From positions 53,521,923 through 53,585,922 of the forward strand of contig NC_085844.1 in NCBI RefSeq assembly GCF_035594765.1: DNA of 64,000 nucleotides. Reading direction: 5' to 3'. Under the pieces are notes generated by a model. The model did no database searches, was not told the DNA's origin, and saw nothing but the letters and a program-made list of their open reading frames with translations. Shown here in pieces: positions 1 through 11,913 of this stretch. This DNA comes from Anolis carolinensis. Its lineage: Eukaryota. The first letter of the stretch is position 1. Every line of letters starts with the position of its first letter. The position numbers were made by a program, and so were the translations under genes.

Positions 1-2155
1 TATTTTCATTGCCTAGGTACTGGAGTTGAAATGTCACATTTACAGGTGTGTGAACATGCTTCATTGGTAGAGAAACGATAGACATTATTACCATGCTTGC
101 CAAAGGATCTTGCAGCTAGAGCAGACCTTGTAGTGTAACCTTTGAAATAATATGATTCTTAATTCAGGGTGGGGTTTATTTATACGTTGTCTATGTCTAT
201 ATCATCTGTATGAGAAAATGTTTCTTTAAAGTACACACTCACCTCCAGTCCCAACAGCTCACCTTTCAGTCCGTCCCCCCCGCCCCCCCCCCCACTGAAG
301 GAGACCAGTGATCTTGTGAGACTGGTGTGGTCACCAGTCTCTGTGGTGGGGAGGGTCTTAAGAAAGCCCCTCCTCGCTGCATTCCATTCAGGCAGCACAA
401 CAGAGCAGAGGGAGCTCTGTGCTGCTGAAGGTGAGAGGGGCCTTTGCATGGTGGCGGAGACCTCTGCACATCGGCTGGGGCTTTTGCGAGGTGGCAAAAG
501 CTTCAGTGCACCAGCCACGGCAGAAGCAGGTGCCAGTTCAGGCTCAGCAGTGCTTGTTTAGGCTCGCCAACAGTGGTGGCTTCAGTGGTGGGTGGCTGGG
601 TGCTCTGCTGGGCCTTCAACCTACAATGTGAGCCCCATGGCACTTGTGCTGCGCGATCAGCAGCTTGAAGATGACAGGCCAGGTTTGCTGGGCAGTGGGT
701 GAAAGTGGGGAAAATCAGGGACAAGGGAGACCTAATCTCCCCCACCCACACATTGGAGATCCTTTGGGCCCTTAAGACCGCATTTTAGCCGCAGCATACA
801 GTTACCCCCCCCCCATGGTTTCCCCATCTTTTGGCCTTTTGCAGTAAGTGCCAGAGCTAGAGTATCATTTGGGTTTTTTTTCCTGATGGGTGGGCAGTGA
901 GGCTGCCCCTCTCCTGGTGGATGGGAGCCTTATTTAGGGAATTTAGCAGACATAGGAGTTGTGCAGGGCCCAGTTTGGTCTCTTGTTAACAAGCGGTGGA
1001 GGCCAGCCCAGTATTACAAACAGTGTTCAAAGTAGCCATCTTGGCCTTGTGTCAAACACACATTGCAGCAGCTATCTTAGCCTCATGGCTGGGCGGTGGG
1101 CATCTTGGACTTGTGGCCTAGCAGCCATTTTGTTAATTTGGAGGCCATTTTGAGTGGCATTTTAAAGCCAGCAACTTCACAATTATTCAATTCTGAATGG
1201 TGAATTTTCAGTACAATTCTTCTGTGGTGCATCCTCAACACAGGTTCAGGCAAAAATACTGAGTGAGGTTGTAGCTGATAATAAATTTTGCAAATCTTCT
1301 TGGATGTTTCCTGTTAGACTGAATGCCACCCAAAAAAGGTTGTGGGGACCCAAAAGGAAAAGGCCCATCTCCAAAACCAGCCAAGTGTCCTATAGGAGAA
1401 GGGAAAATGCAACAATTTCTTTGTTTCGTACTCTATAGCATTGAAGCAAACACATTTTATAAAATGAAAGCCATTCCTAAAGAATTCCCTTGGGGAAACT
1501 GCAGCCACATGAAACAGCTATTACTTGTACTCACAATTGCATCAATCTTTGATCTTTATTGTTACAGTATTATTCCTATTTTTTCACTATAAAAAGTGTT
1601 CCTGGTGGAGTTTCCTTTAATAATAAATGTGCCTCTCCTAAAACTGTTTGAAAAAGTGAGATAGCAGCACATCATTGCTGCAAATAAAAGCTAAAGAGCC
1701 CCTTTATTTAATTTCAGCTCAAAAAGATGACAGCAAGATTGTTATCTTGAAGAACCACTAAAAGGTATATTTTCAGGTTTTTCTATTGACATGAAGTCTT
1801 CCTGGGACCATTTGTCCTGAAACTATTTTTTCTTACAATATTTGCTATGAAAAGTAGGTTGCGTATTAACATTTTATTCATAAACATATGATGTAGAATA
1901 TTGCTGTATATTTGATTTCTTTTCCTTCCCAGTGGAATGGGCTTCATGAGTTCTTACTAGTCTCCACAAGTTATTTGGATTCTCTAAATTACATTGCAAT
2001 GACATGTTTTACTTGTTTGACTTAATCTAAGTTATTAAAACTCCCAAAAGAACCCTTCTGTGGAAGGAGAAGGCAGTACAGCATTGTTCACTGATATAAG
2101 TAATAAAATGTAGGAGATATAGAACACCAAATCATATTAAATACTCTCTTTTCTA

Positions 2156-2359
2156 GGATGCATTAATAGTACAGAATGCAATTTGTTGCCACTTTAACTG
2201 TAGTTCAAAGATATGGGATAATGGGAGCTATAGTTTATTAAGGTTTGGAAGAGAAGGCTAAAGACCTTATAAAACTACAGCTCTCATGATTCAATAGCAT
2301 TGAGCCAGGGTATTTAAAATGATGGTGAACTGCATTAATTCTACATAGTGGATGTACCC
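2156..2359. mobile_element. Palindromic Harbinger-like MITE
   Basis: Long imperfect palindrome with GGATGCA..TGTACCC termini. Homologous arms lie at 5054-5130/5925-5993 and 33234-33350/34430-34491. Confidence 0.65.
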
Positions 2360-2493
2360 CAAAATGCTAGCAATGCTCCAGTAGAATAACTAAAGAATAT
2401 ATAAGAGAAGATATTTGTGTAAACAGCACATTATATCCTGTATCGTCTTTAATTATCATTGTCTCTGGATAATGACCTATTAGCATTTTTCTA

Positions 2494-2790
2494 GTAAAGG
2501 TAAAGGTTTTCTCTTGACATTAAGTCTAGTTGTGTCTCACAACTAGACCGAAGAAGTGGTATTGTCTGTAGACATCTCCAAAGTAATGTGGCCAGCTTGA
2601 CTGCATGGAGCACCATTACCTTCCCCCAGAGCGGTACCTATTGATCTACTCACATTTGCAGGTTTTCAAACTGCTAGGTCGGCAGAAGCTGGGGCTAAGA
2701 GTGGGAGCTCACCCCACTCACTGGATTTGAACTGCCTACCTTTTAGTCAGCAAGTTCAGCAGCTCAGCAGTTTAACCTGATGCAGCACAA
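2494..2790 (-). mobile_element. Sauria SINE
   Basis: (AAAGGT)n antisense tail and core GCGGTACCTATTGATCTACTCACATTTGCA, shared with the other copies in the window. Confidence 0.9.
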
Positions 2791-3064
2791 TTTTTCTCAT
2801 AATTATATTAACCATTCTCCATTTGATAGTTAACGAATGTCCATATGGCAATTTCCATGTACTCAACCTAAATAGATTCATGTAAGTTTTATTGAGTATA
2901 GTGTGGTTTCCCACTCAGTATTGGTGTTTAAGATACAACCTCAGTGTGACATTTTAGAAAAATAAAGGATGGAAATTTAGAAAAGAGCTTTCCTTGTTTT
3001 CCCACATCATTTGCCTAACAGAGATGGGTTCATACAGCTAAATAATGTATTACTATCATCAAAA

Positions 3065-3200
3065 CCCACTCAGTGACCTTGGGCAAGGCAAGGTTATTTC
3101 AGCCTAAGAAGAAGGCAGTGGCAAGCCTTTTCTAAATAAATCATGCCAAGAAAACTTTACAATCAGAGTCAGAATTGACTTGAAGACAAATAACAACAAA
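3065..3200 (+). mobile_element. Old SINE fragment; a related copy probably lies at ~55780-55915 (-)
   Basis: GTGACCTTGGGCAAG core followed by GACTTGAAGAC..AACAACAA tail. Confidence 0.45.
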
Positions 3201-3295
3201 TTTCTGCACATTTGCTTAGAAAATACAGTGGTGATCTCAACAGATATGATTTCAGTATATGCATCCCCTCCCTCATTTTCATTCTTCTTTTAACT

Positions 3296-3557
3296 TTTTT
3301 TTCGTGTCAGGAGCAATCGGAGTTGCTTCTGGAGTGAGAAAATTGGCTGTCTGCAAGGACATTGCCCAGGGGACGCCCGGATGTTTTGATATTTTACCAT
3401 CCTTGTTGGAGACCTCTCTCATGTCCCTGCATGGAGCTGGAGCTGATAGAGGGAGCTCATCCGCGCTCTCCCCGGGTGGGATTTGAACCTGGCAGCCTTC
3501 AGGTCAGCAACCCAACCTTCTAGTCATGAGGCTTTTATCCCCTAGGCCACCGGAGGC
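3296..3557 (-). mobile_element. tRNA-derived SINE with poly-A tail (3' end GCTCCTGACACGAAAA, from memory resembling Vingi LINE ends)
   Basis: A/B-box-like head (GGTGGCCTAG..GGTTCAAATCC on the minus strand), poly-A tail, and 10-bp flanking duplication TCTTTTAACT at 3286-3295 and 3558-3567. Confidence 0.8.
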
Positions 3558-3888
3558 TCTTTTAACTAAGCAGTGGGAACATTAATATTGGGCAAGCACA
3601 CCTCATTTTGAATCGTAATTGTCTTACCATTTCAGAACTTTTTTAGAGATGGGTTCAAGCCTCAAAAATTCTTCAGTTTACAATATGAACCTAGGAGATC
3701 TCCTAGCCAGCTGTCCACATCAATATCTTCTCTTTTCCAAACAGTAGCAAAGACAGGTGAGATTTCTAGGAAGTAAAGCAGGGTCTGCATATTTAAGATA
3801 CCTAACATGTTTAGTAGCTGCTAGGGAACTTGGGAAATGTGTTTAGCTCAAAGGATTCATGGGGACTAGGGATCTCATCACATTAGAG

Positions 3889-3999
3889 CAGTAGTTCTCA
3901 CCCTTTGAGTCCCAGAAATCCTAGCCAGTTTACCAGCTGTTAGGATTTCTGGGAGTTGAAGTCCAAAACATCTGGGGACCCTCAGGCTGAGAACCACTG
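3889..3999. mobile_element. hAT (Charlie-like) MITE
   Basis: TIR CAGT(A/G)GTTCTCA / TGAGAACCACTG. 8-bp TSD CATTAGAG/CACTAGAG. Confidence 0.9.
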
Positions 4000-4049
4000 C
4001 ACTAGAGCATGGATCCATTTTAAATCTGGTTTCTGACTCCTGCAGAATT

Positions 4050-4536
4050 CAAGGAGGAGGAGGCCCGGGGAGGGCTGGAAGCAGGTCCCATCCTAGCTGC
4101 TCTCCCTCCCTTTCTACCTGATGGAGGCCTGTGGGGCCTTTCAGGTGCAGGCTCATCACGAGGCGGAGGCCGACAGAGAGAGGGAGAGAGAGAGAGGCCT
4201 CTTCCACCAGGCACAGGAGTTGAAAGTTTCATAGCAGAGGCCTCCCCCCCCTTCAGGCCTGTATCTCTTCTCAGGTCCAGAGTCGAGCAGGGTCTGCTCA
4301 TGGAGGGAGAAGAGACACAACAGAAGAGCCAACCCAAGCCTCGCAGGGCCGCCTCCTCCACCAGGTATAACTTAGCTCTTGTAGGGATTTTTTAAATAAC
4401 TAAAGGGAAAAAAAAACAAATTTCTCATTAAATTTAACCCAGACCTCTTAGGAATTGTCCAAAACACTTTAGAATCAAAACAAGGGTCACACAATTTCAT
4501 AAATACAAGCCAAGCAGTTTTTTGAGCACACCTCTA
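4050..4536. mobile_element. Truncated copy of the 60148-61029 hAT family
   Basis: Shares GAAGAGCCA.CCCAAGCC..CCTCCACCAGGTAT..CAAAACACTTTAGAATCAAAA..GCACACCTCTA with the 60 kb copy. Confidence 0.8.
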
Positions 4537-5134
4537 AGAGGGACATGTTTCAAATTCTATTTTCCTAAATCGATTTAGCAAAATCATGCCTTTATTTCTG
4601 ATGGGGAACATCAGTTGATTATAGGAAATACAGCAATATAATTTATCATTCTTTCAAACTGAATCCCTTCAGGTAGTGTTATTTTAACTATGCTGTCTGG
4701 GCATTCTGCATACACAGGCAAAATTAAAGAATTGATCTTTTATCCACCAGTGTTAGCCCTTTAGAGCACTGTTTTGAAATTCCCAGCTCTTTGGATATCC
4801 CATCTCCTCCTCTCTTTTTGTTACAGGTCAGGGAAAGGGAGGAAATGGCTGTTTATCATTGGATGCTTGTCTGGGCAGCAACAGCAGTCAAGGTACTATT
4901 TGCCCCTAATATAACAGATGGGTTCTGTTCTTGAAAGCTGGCCAGCCAAGTGAACCTATGAGCCTAAGAAGGAGCATCCCTGCTAGTAAACTACCTTGTA
5001 TAGTTCCCTGGTTTATCTTGGTGGATTTCTCCCATTCTCCCCATGAGAAAAAAGAGTGCACCTACACTGTAGAATTAATCAAGTTTGACACCACTTTAAT
5101 TGCCATGGCTCAATGCTATGGAATAATCATTTAA

Positions 5135-5560
5135 AAAATAATAATAAAAATTATTTCTTATCTGCCTCTCTTCATGGCTCAAGACAAGTTACAGAATAAT
5201 TAAAATACATAAGCATTGTAAAATACCACAAACACACATATTAAAATATATTTCTATAAAAGATACATATTAAAATGTATTTCTATAAAATACACATTGA
5301 AAAACACAAAACAGAGATTAAACAAAGGACACAAGTTTAAAATTCATGCTTAAAAACTGACTGGGTAGGCCTGCCAGAAGTGATTGGTCTTTAGATTTTT
5401 TTTAAAAAAAATCCGACAGCTCATTTAGCTCATTTAAATTCTGACAGCTCTTCTGGCAGGCCATTCCACAGTCTTGGGTAGCCAATGAAAAGGTCCTCTG
5501 GGTGGTGGTTGCCAGTTAGGTTCTGGCTGGTTGGAGTAACATCCCCCATAGGACCTCAGT
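5135..5560 (-). mobile_element. Old L2-type 3' fragment
   Basis: GGCAGGCCATTCCACAGTCTTGGG..AAAAGGTCCTCT is the antisense of the RAFS..PRLWN.LP motif, followed by an AT-rich UTR and tail. Confidence 0.6.
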
Positions 5561-5679
5561 GTTTGGGGAGGATTGTATGGGAGAATATTGGTGATTGTAG
5601 ATTTACAAGGATTCTCTGCCAAAGAGTACCTCATCAAACTACAAATCCCAAAATCAGTCTTAAATGGAGATATTTTAGT

Positions 5680-5926
5680 AAGATTGATGGCTTTAACGTT
5701 TTAATGCTTTTATCCCAGTAAGAGCAGTTATTTTTTATGTTAATGTTACGTTATGTTCTGATATGTTTTCAGTAATTGCAATGGTTCTATTTTAAGTTAT
5801 GTTAATTTGACCTATGTAGTATTGTTATTGGTATTGTTTTAACTGTTACTTGCTGTAAGCTGCCTTGAGTCCCTTCTGAGAGAGGGGGCGGGATATAAAT
5901 AAAACTCCTCTTCCTCCTCCTCCTCC
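5680..5926 (+). mobile_element. L2 3' UTR/tail fragment
   Basis: TGTAAGCTGCCTTGAGTCCC..GGGGCGGGATATAAATAAA terminal motif, followed by (TCC)n. Confidence 0.65.
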
Positions 5927-6738
5927 TATAGCATTAAGTCACTTCAGTTAAAATGGTGTCAAACTATATTAACTCTACAGTGTACATGCACCATTAGAGA
6001 CATAGTGTGGTACAGACAAAGATTGATGAGATCCAGGTGCTGATTCCTACTAAACATCAATCACTCATTTTTAGACCTACTACACAGCATTATTTTTGGG
6101 TATCCTAAAAAACTCTTAAAGGGAAATGTTAAATAACCTCCCCACACCATGATTCAATCCATTACCACTTTTCCACTCAGTGCTGTCAGCATTTTAAACA
6201 ATATTACATGGAATCACACATTTAATATCAAGTCTAGTTTGATTATATCTATTTTACTAGAAAGTGGAAACAATTTTATGCAGATACTAAAGGGCTTCTG
6301 AGGGATTGAACTGAAAATCAATACTACCCTGTCTTCATTGGTTTAGGTAAAGGTGGGGCACATATTTTATATTCTCCAGACCTTACTGATTCTCTCCTTA
6401 TACTAAAGTGGATAGATTATTGTCCTCATGCTGAGATCTGTTATTAATTCTTCCTCTGACAACCTCTCACTTTGATCTGTATAGCTCAAACTCATTACTT
6501 GGTCATTAAAGTAAATAAAATCTGAATTTCTCCTCCCCACCCTTCCAAACTAACAGAAGCTTAAGACTGCAGGGTGCTACTGTTTATATTACACACAATA
6601 TTGCTGAATTAGTGCTGTAGTATTTCAGTTATGTGTGACAGTAATGTGTTTGGAATCGTCGAGATCCACATACACTGAATAGTGAATGAGGAAGGACTTG
6701 AGGAACAAAAAGAAACCTTTGCAAATGATGCTGTAAAG

Positions 6739-6865
6739 CAAGGTTTCTCAAACTGTGCTCCTCCAGATGTTTTTGACTTCAGCTCCCACAATTCCAACCA
6801 GCTGGTAAACTGGCTAGGATTTTTGGGAACTCATGTTCAAAACACTTGGAGAGAAGTTTGAGGGC
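6739..6865. mobile_element. Diverged hAT MITE
   Basis: CAAGGTTTCTCAAACT..AGTTTGAG termini. The core CCAGCTGGTAAACTGGCT is shared with the family above. Confidence 0.65.
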
Positions 6866-7076
6866 CCATCCAGGCCCTCCCGCTTCAAGTGGGGCACACG
6901 TGCCCTCCCGCTTCAAGTGGGGCATCTAAATGACCTCCCACAGAAAAGTGATTGCATTCACCACAAAGCAGGAAACCCCTGCTTTGTAGTAAATTAATTT
7001 GATAGTTGGTTTGATCCATGCCTTCTTGAAAGGCGTAGGTCAAACTTACTGTTTCCTTTTTTTGGACTGCTCCCTC

Positions 7077-7827
7077 AGAATATTTACTACAGGGAAACTA
7101 CAAGAGAACATTGGAAAAAGTACCATTTTACAGCTATGTAACTTTTTATTCAGACCATTAAACATGGGACATTTGTAGCATCACATATACTGTACTTCTG
7201 AGGGGACAGTCCAGACAGCAGCCCCATGTTTTTCTGGGCTAAAGCAGCCTGGAAAATGCTGAGGGCACTAACCTCCTTCCCATGCCCAAAAACCCCCTCA
7301 AAAATAAAAAGGAAACTCACCAGAAGCCATTTGGCTTCTCCCCCCGTCTGAAGAAGCATACCAATGACACATAGAAAAGAAGGGGCCCCAAATTGCTCCC
7401 CCTCACTTTTTGGACGTCATTGGTATCTTCCTTTAGGCTGGAGGAGAGGAGAATCCAAATGGCTCTCGGTGAGTTTCCTTTTTATTTTAAAGTTTTTTTG
7501 GGGGAGGGGCTTGTGTGGCCTCATGCCATAATGGAAATATTTGGGATGACATGAGCCCATTTTTCCCTTGACTGTGTGGATTTAAACTTCCTTTGGAGTG
7601 AGTTTTTTAAACTCACTCTGAACTAGTTTCACTGTATGTTTGGAACCACCTTGTGAAACACTGCTGTAAAGGAAGTACTGGTATTTTTTTTTATCAATGT
7701 GTGAAACAACTGTAATATTATGATGCTACAAATGTTCCATGTTTAATGGTCTGAATAAAAAGTTACATAGCTGTAAAATGGTACTTTTTCCATTGTTCTC
7801 TTGTAGTTTCCCTGTAGTAAATATTCT
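7077..7827. repeat. 107-bp near-perfect inverted repeat (7077-7183 / 7721-7827) with 537-bp spacer
   Basis: Direct comparison by eye shows 2 mismatches in 107 bp. Confidence 0.95.
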
Positions 7828-7906
7828 TCAGTAAAACCTAGATTTTTCTTCTTTCTGTGGAAAAGGCAAATGTTGGACTCAGGTACTCCTTCATTTCAAA
7901 AATGAA

Positions 7907-7910
<4 letters not shown>

Positions 7911-7988
<78 letters not shown>
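7911..7988. repeat. Compound microsatellite (CT)n(AT)n
   Basis: Seen directly. Confidence 0.98.
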
Positions 7989-7991
<3 letters not shown>

Positions 7992-8089
7992 GAAAGAAAG
8001 AAACAACATACAACACCATAACATACAACGAAGAAAACACACACACTAACCTAGCAAATATAACATAATCCAATTAAATAATGAATGCA

Positions 8090-8605
8090 AAAGCACTATT
8101 TTCTTCTCTTCCTTTGAGGTAGAGGTTCTTTCTAAGTCTTCTTGTGTTCTTTTTGGTAAAAAGAGAGACTTAAATACCCAATGTTTATTTTTGTTTACAG
8201 AGAGTACTTATTCCTTAAAATATTTCTCTACTTTCTCCCACTCTTTCTGCTCTTTGCTTCAAGAGATTCCCTTCATTACTCTAGTGAATTTGTCAGTTTC
8301 TAGTTGCAAATCATAGATGGCAGGTATTTCAGTTGTTTTCCACTTATTTGCTTATACTATCCTTGCTGTTGTAATCATATACATAATTATTCTCCTTGTA
8401 GATTTATTAGTTTGTACATCTATCATGTTGAGAAGATACAGCTCCAGCATAAATTCTAATTCTAGTTGTAAAATGAATAGTATTAAACTTTTTAATGTAT
8501 TTTCTTCCAGTAGTTCTTAACTCTTATACAATTCCATAACATATGATAGAGTGTACCACTTTTACACATCCAGCATTTTTTGCTCCAGTCAGCATATATT
8601 ATTTT
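8090..8605 (-). mobile_element. L1 ORF2 C-terminal fragment
   Basis: The reverse complement of ~8531-8578 reads KCWMCKSGTLYHMLWN, the Cys/His-rich C-terminal motif of L1 ORF2. The sense strand is A-rich. Confidence 0.8.
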
Positions 8606-9371
8606 TGTTGCACTCTAGCACTGGACCACCCTTTCACGCAACAGACACCAGAGTCCAGTAAGTCAATAAAAGGATGTTTATTAAAGAAAATATATAAAAT
8701 GGAAAAAAAGGGGAAAATCCAAAAGAGTCAGTAAAGATATAAAAAGCAATGCACAAAAGAACCCAGAGTTCAATAACAGTAATCCAAAACTGCCAGGTTA
8801 AAACACAAAACCAATGAATCTAAAATCACAGATTTAATCCAAAGGTATATCCATGAACATGATAACAGGAATTTCTCCAAGGTAAATTCTTCAAAGATAC
8901 ATCAGTATAAACAGGAACATGAAACAGGAATCTTGACAATACAGTAGTCATGAAATTGGAATCATAAACAGGAGACTGATCCTTTAGCAACGTTGTTTCA
9001 TCTGAAAGACCTGAAAGAAAACCACTTAATTTAAGCTCTCCAAGCCACCCATGACATCATGCCTCACACATCTAGATCTCTGGGTCTTATCTTGAACCCT
9101 CTGAGAAAATCTGGTTTGCCAGCTTTTCACACCTTGTGTTCTCAGGTTTAATCTATTCTCCCTTGAAAACTCGTTTTCCTAAGGCCTTTCTCAATGAAAC
9201 GGGTACTTTCATTTCCCCGTTTTCTGGGAGTGAGCTGAAGAATCCAAAACATCAGCCTCGTCTCCCTGCAATTCCATCTGATCAGTCACAGACTCCTCAC
9301 TTTGAAATCCATCATCCTCCCCATCCTCTAAACATTCAGAAAAATCCTCTGATGCTTGCCAGACTACAACT
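8606..9371 (-). mobile_element. Solo LTR (BEL/Pao- or Gypsy-like) inserted into L1 ORF2
   Basis: Begins TGTTG and ends CAACT (CAACA with one change). 5-bp TSD ATTTT at 8601-8605 and 9372-9376. Minus-strand AATAAA near 8677. L1 sequence resumes on both sides. Confidence 0.7.
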
Positions 9372-10255
9372 ATTTTATTGGTTCTAACTCTTGTTCTTTC
9401 TGTAACAAAAATTATATATTATGGAAATGGTCATTATCCCCTTATCACATATTAATTTATACTGTTCAGTTTCTACCGATTGTAATCCTTCTTGTTTACT
9501 ATCCATTTTAAAGTTCTATGTTGGCCAAAGTGTAGTAGTTTTCTGTATAAGAACCACTACACTTTGACACCTTTCTTTTTCTAATTCTTCTCTAGTTTTT
9601 AGTCTTATAGAGCCTTTATCTTTTATCAATATGACTTTATATCATAATTATCCTTTCAGACACTGTGTTTCAGTTCTTGTTCAAGCTTCATGTGGTGATA
9701 ATCATTGTGTATTTTAATCTAAAATCTTGTTTTAACTTTTTTCCAGATGCTGTGTAATGCTCTTCTATGGTGATGGAAAATTTTGTTTGATTTAGCTTTA
9801 TTGTAACCCAAGAACCCATGCCAACCATAGCTTTTATTAAATCCATCCACTTGCAATAATAATTCATTTTGTAAATTTATCAAGTCTTTAAGCCATATTA
9901 ATTCCACTACCCTGCAAAAATTTTCCATTTTACTCTAGGTCTTCTACTTTACCATACAAACTTCATTAAGTCTTTTCCCCATATTTCAAAATTTTTGGCA
10001 TTTAAAATTGTTATATTTTGGAATGAATATATAAGTTTAAGAAGTACACTCATTTTGATTGCAGCTATTCTATCCATCAATGATAATCTATGTTTGTTCT
10101 TCTCTAATTTTCTCTTTATCTTTTTCCAAACTAGCTCATATTTATTCTCAAATAATTTCAAATTGCTTTTGGCTATTTTTTAGAAATACAAATCTAAAGG
10201 TATATAATACTGATCACAGTCAATTATTCCCTAGCTTGAATTTTAATATCAGGTT
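9372..10255 (-). mobile_element. L1 ORF2 fragment (post-RT region), continuation of 8090-8605
   Basis: ORF 9949-10161 (KLFENKY..WKKIK..LSLMDRIAAIKMSVL.KLIYSFQ..KFVW) and ORF 9719-9928 (YGWHGFL..HHHRRAL..IWKK) match L1 ORF2. Confidence 0.85.
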
Positions 10256-10937
10256 TTAAAAAGTTTTCCAGATCCAGCCTTTCTTCTCTCCCACTGTCTC
10301 CTCCCAAACTTCTTATAATACTTACTTCTGCTCAGATTTGTTCTCCTCTGGTTGTAGCTATAGGAATCAATCAGAATTGGGATCTTGAAGATTCACCAAC
10401 ATCCCATCATGTTGTAACACCCGAGGCAAAATTGGTCCCATGGGAGAAGGGTAGCAGTTTCCAATCTGGATGAGTAGATTTGGGATAAAATATATCTGAG
10501 CTTCTGGGAAAATGATTTTTCCCCAAAGGGGAAATAGAATGTCCATCGCTGATCTCTGTGGTGTCACCAAAATAAAAGGATTGTGCCCTTCATTTTTTCT
10601 TCTCCCTGGTCTTTGTATTTGGCATACTAATATCACTATAAGGCAATTGCCAGTATCAGTGGGAAGTATCATTCTTGTAGAACCCGCATTGCTAATAGTG
10701 AAGAGAGTCAAAGCGGGGGGGGGGGGGGGGGGGGAGGGAAGCTGAAGGTTTAGTGGAAGATTAAGGCTAGATCAGATATAATTACACTGAATAACACCTG
10801 AAGCAAATTTAACCCCAGAAATAAAGGGGAGGGAGTCAGAGTTCAGATTGTTTCATTCCTTAACTTAGAAGCAAGCATTAAAACAATCAATTTGGCTCCT
10901 ACACAACCACCTAACTGTATTTCTGAATTTTATGTAG

Positions 10938-10993
10938 GCAGTTCATCAGTGCAAAAATGGAGAACAACATATACCCGGAAGAAGATAGCTATG
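10938..10993 (+). other. Candidate 56-nt exon of an unidentified transcript
   Basis: Branch-point CTAAC (10911-10915), TTTTATGTAG acceptor, and ATG|GTGAGT donor. Confidence 0.3.
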
Positions 10994-11913
10994 GTGAGTA
11001 TTAGGACATGTTGCTTTCACATTAGCATCAGTAAGCTGTGTGTTTTACACCCTCCAACCTAGCGTATTCCACCCTCCATTGGAGTACCCTTGCTGGAATT
11101 CATTACCATCATAATGCCAGGGGAACCTTGGGATTTATCTGAAATGTGGTGTGCTGGGAATGGTGGGCCACCACTCAGGTCAGTATATTCTTTCTGCTCA
11201 AGAATAAGAAGCACAAGCAGTACAAGATATACAGTTTTACCAGTAATACTCTTAAAATTACAGCAAAATTGCTTTTATTGGAGTTACTTTTCATTCTTGC
11301 ATATAGCAAAGTCAGCCCATTTCTCCCCCTTTGCTGCTTGCTGTGCCATGACAGTGTTGCCATTTAGAATCAGTTAAGGATAATTAGCAAGAGATTGCTT
11401 GTTTCCACTAATGCTTCGAGTACCACATCCCTCTCTCACAGTCAGCCTTGACTCTAACTAGTTAGGTAACAGGAAAACATGCATTTATGAAAGAAGAAAG
11501 CTCCTTTTGAACAAGAGGCACATGAGATGAAGGCTGGCAAGTGGATATCTGGAAGCCTCGGTTACCATAGGGATTCCTCCGAGCAATAAAAAGTTTTGTT
11601 TGCAAACTGTCTTTTGTATACTTATAGCAGCTTATTATGTGAAGCAGACACTAGATCAGAAGATTCTATATTCATGGCTTTAAGGAAAAGCATCCCTTGG
11701 TTCAGGCTAGATGATCTGTTATTGAAGAGTATTAGCCAGTAGAAATAACTGACTTTAGCATACTGTCTTGCATGAAATAAGCATGCAAGAAAATGTGAAC
11801 ATCATTTTTAAAAACAGTAGTTTCCTGTTGCCAATGTTTATGATGAATTGACTGCTCGATTTGTTAATTGGTTAACAAATGCTAGAAGGCACCAAGTATT
11901 TTAGGTCAGGACA

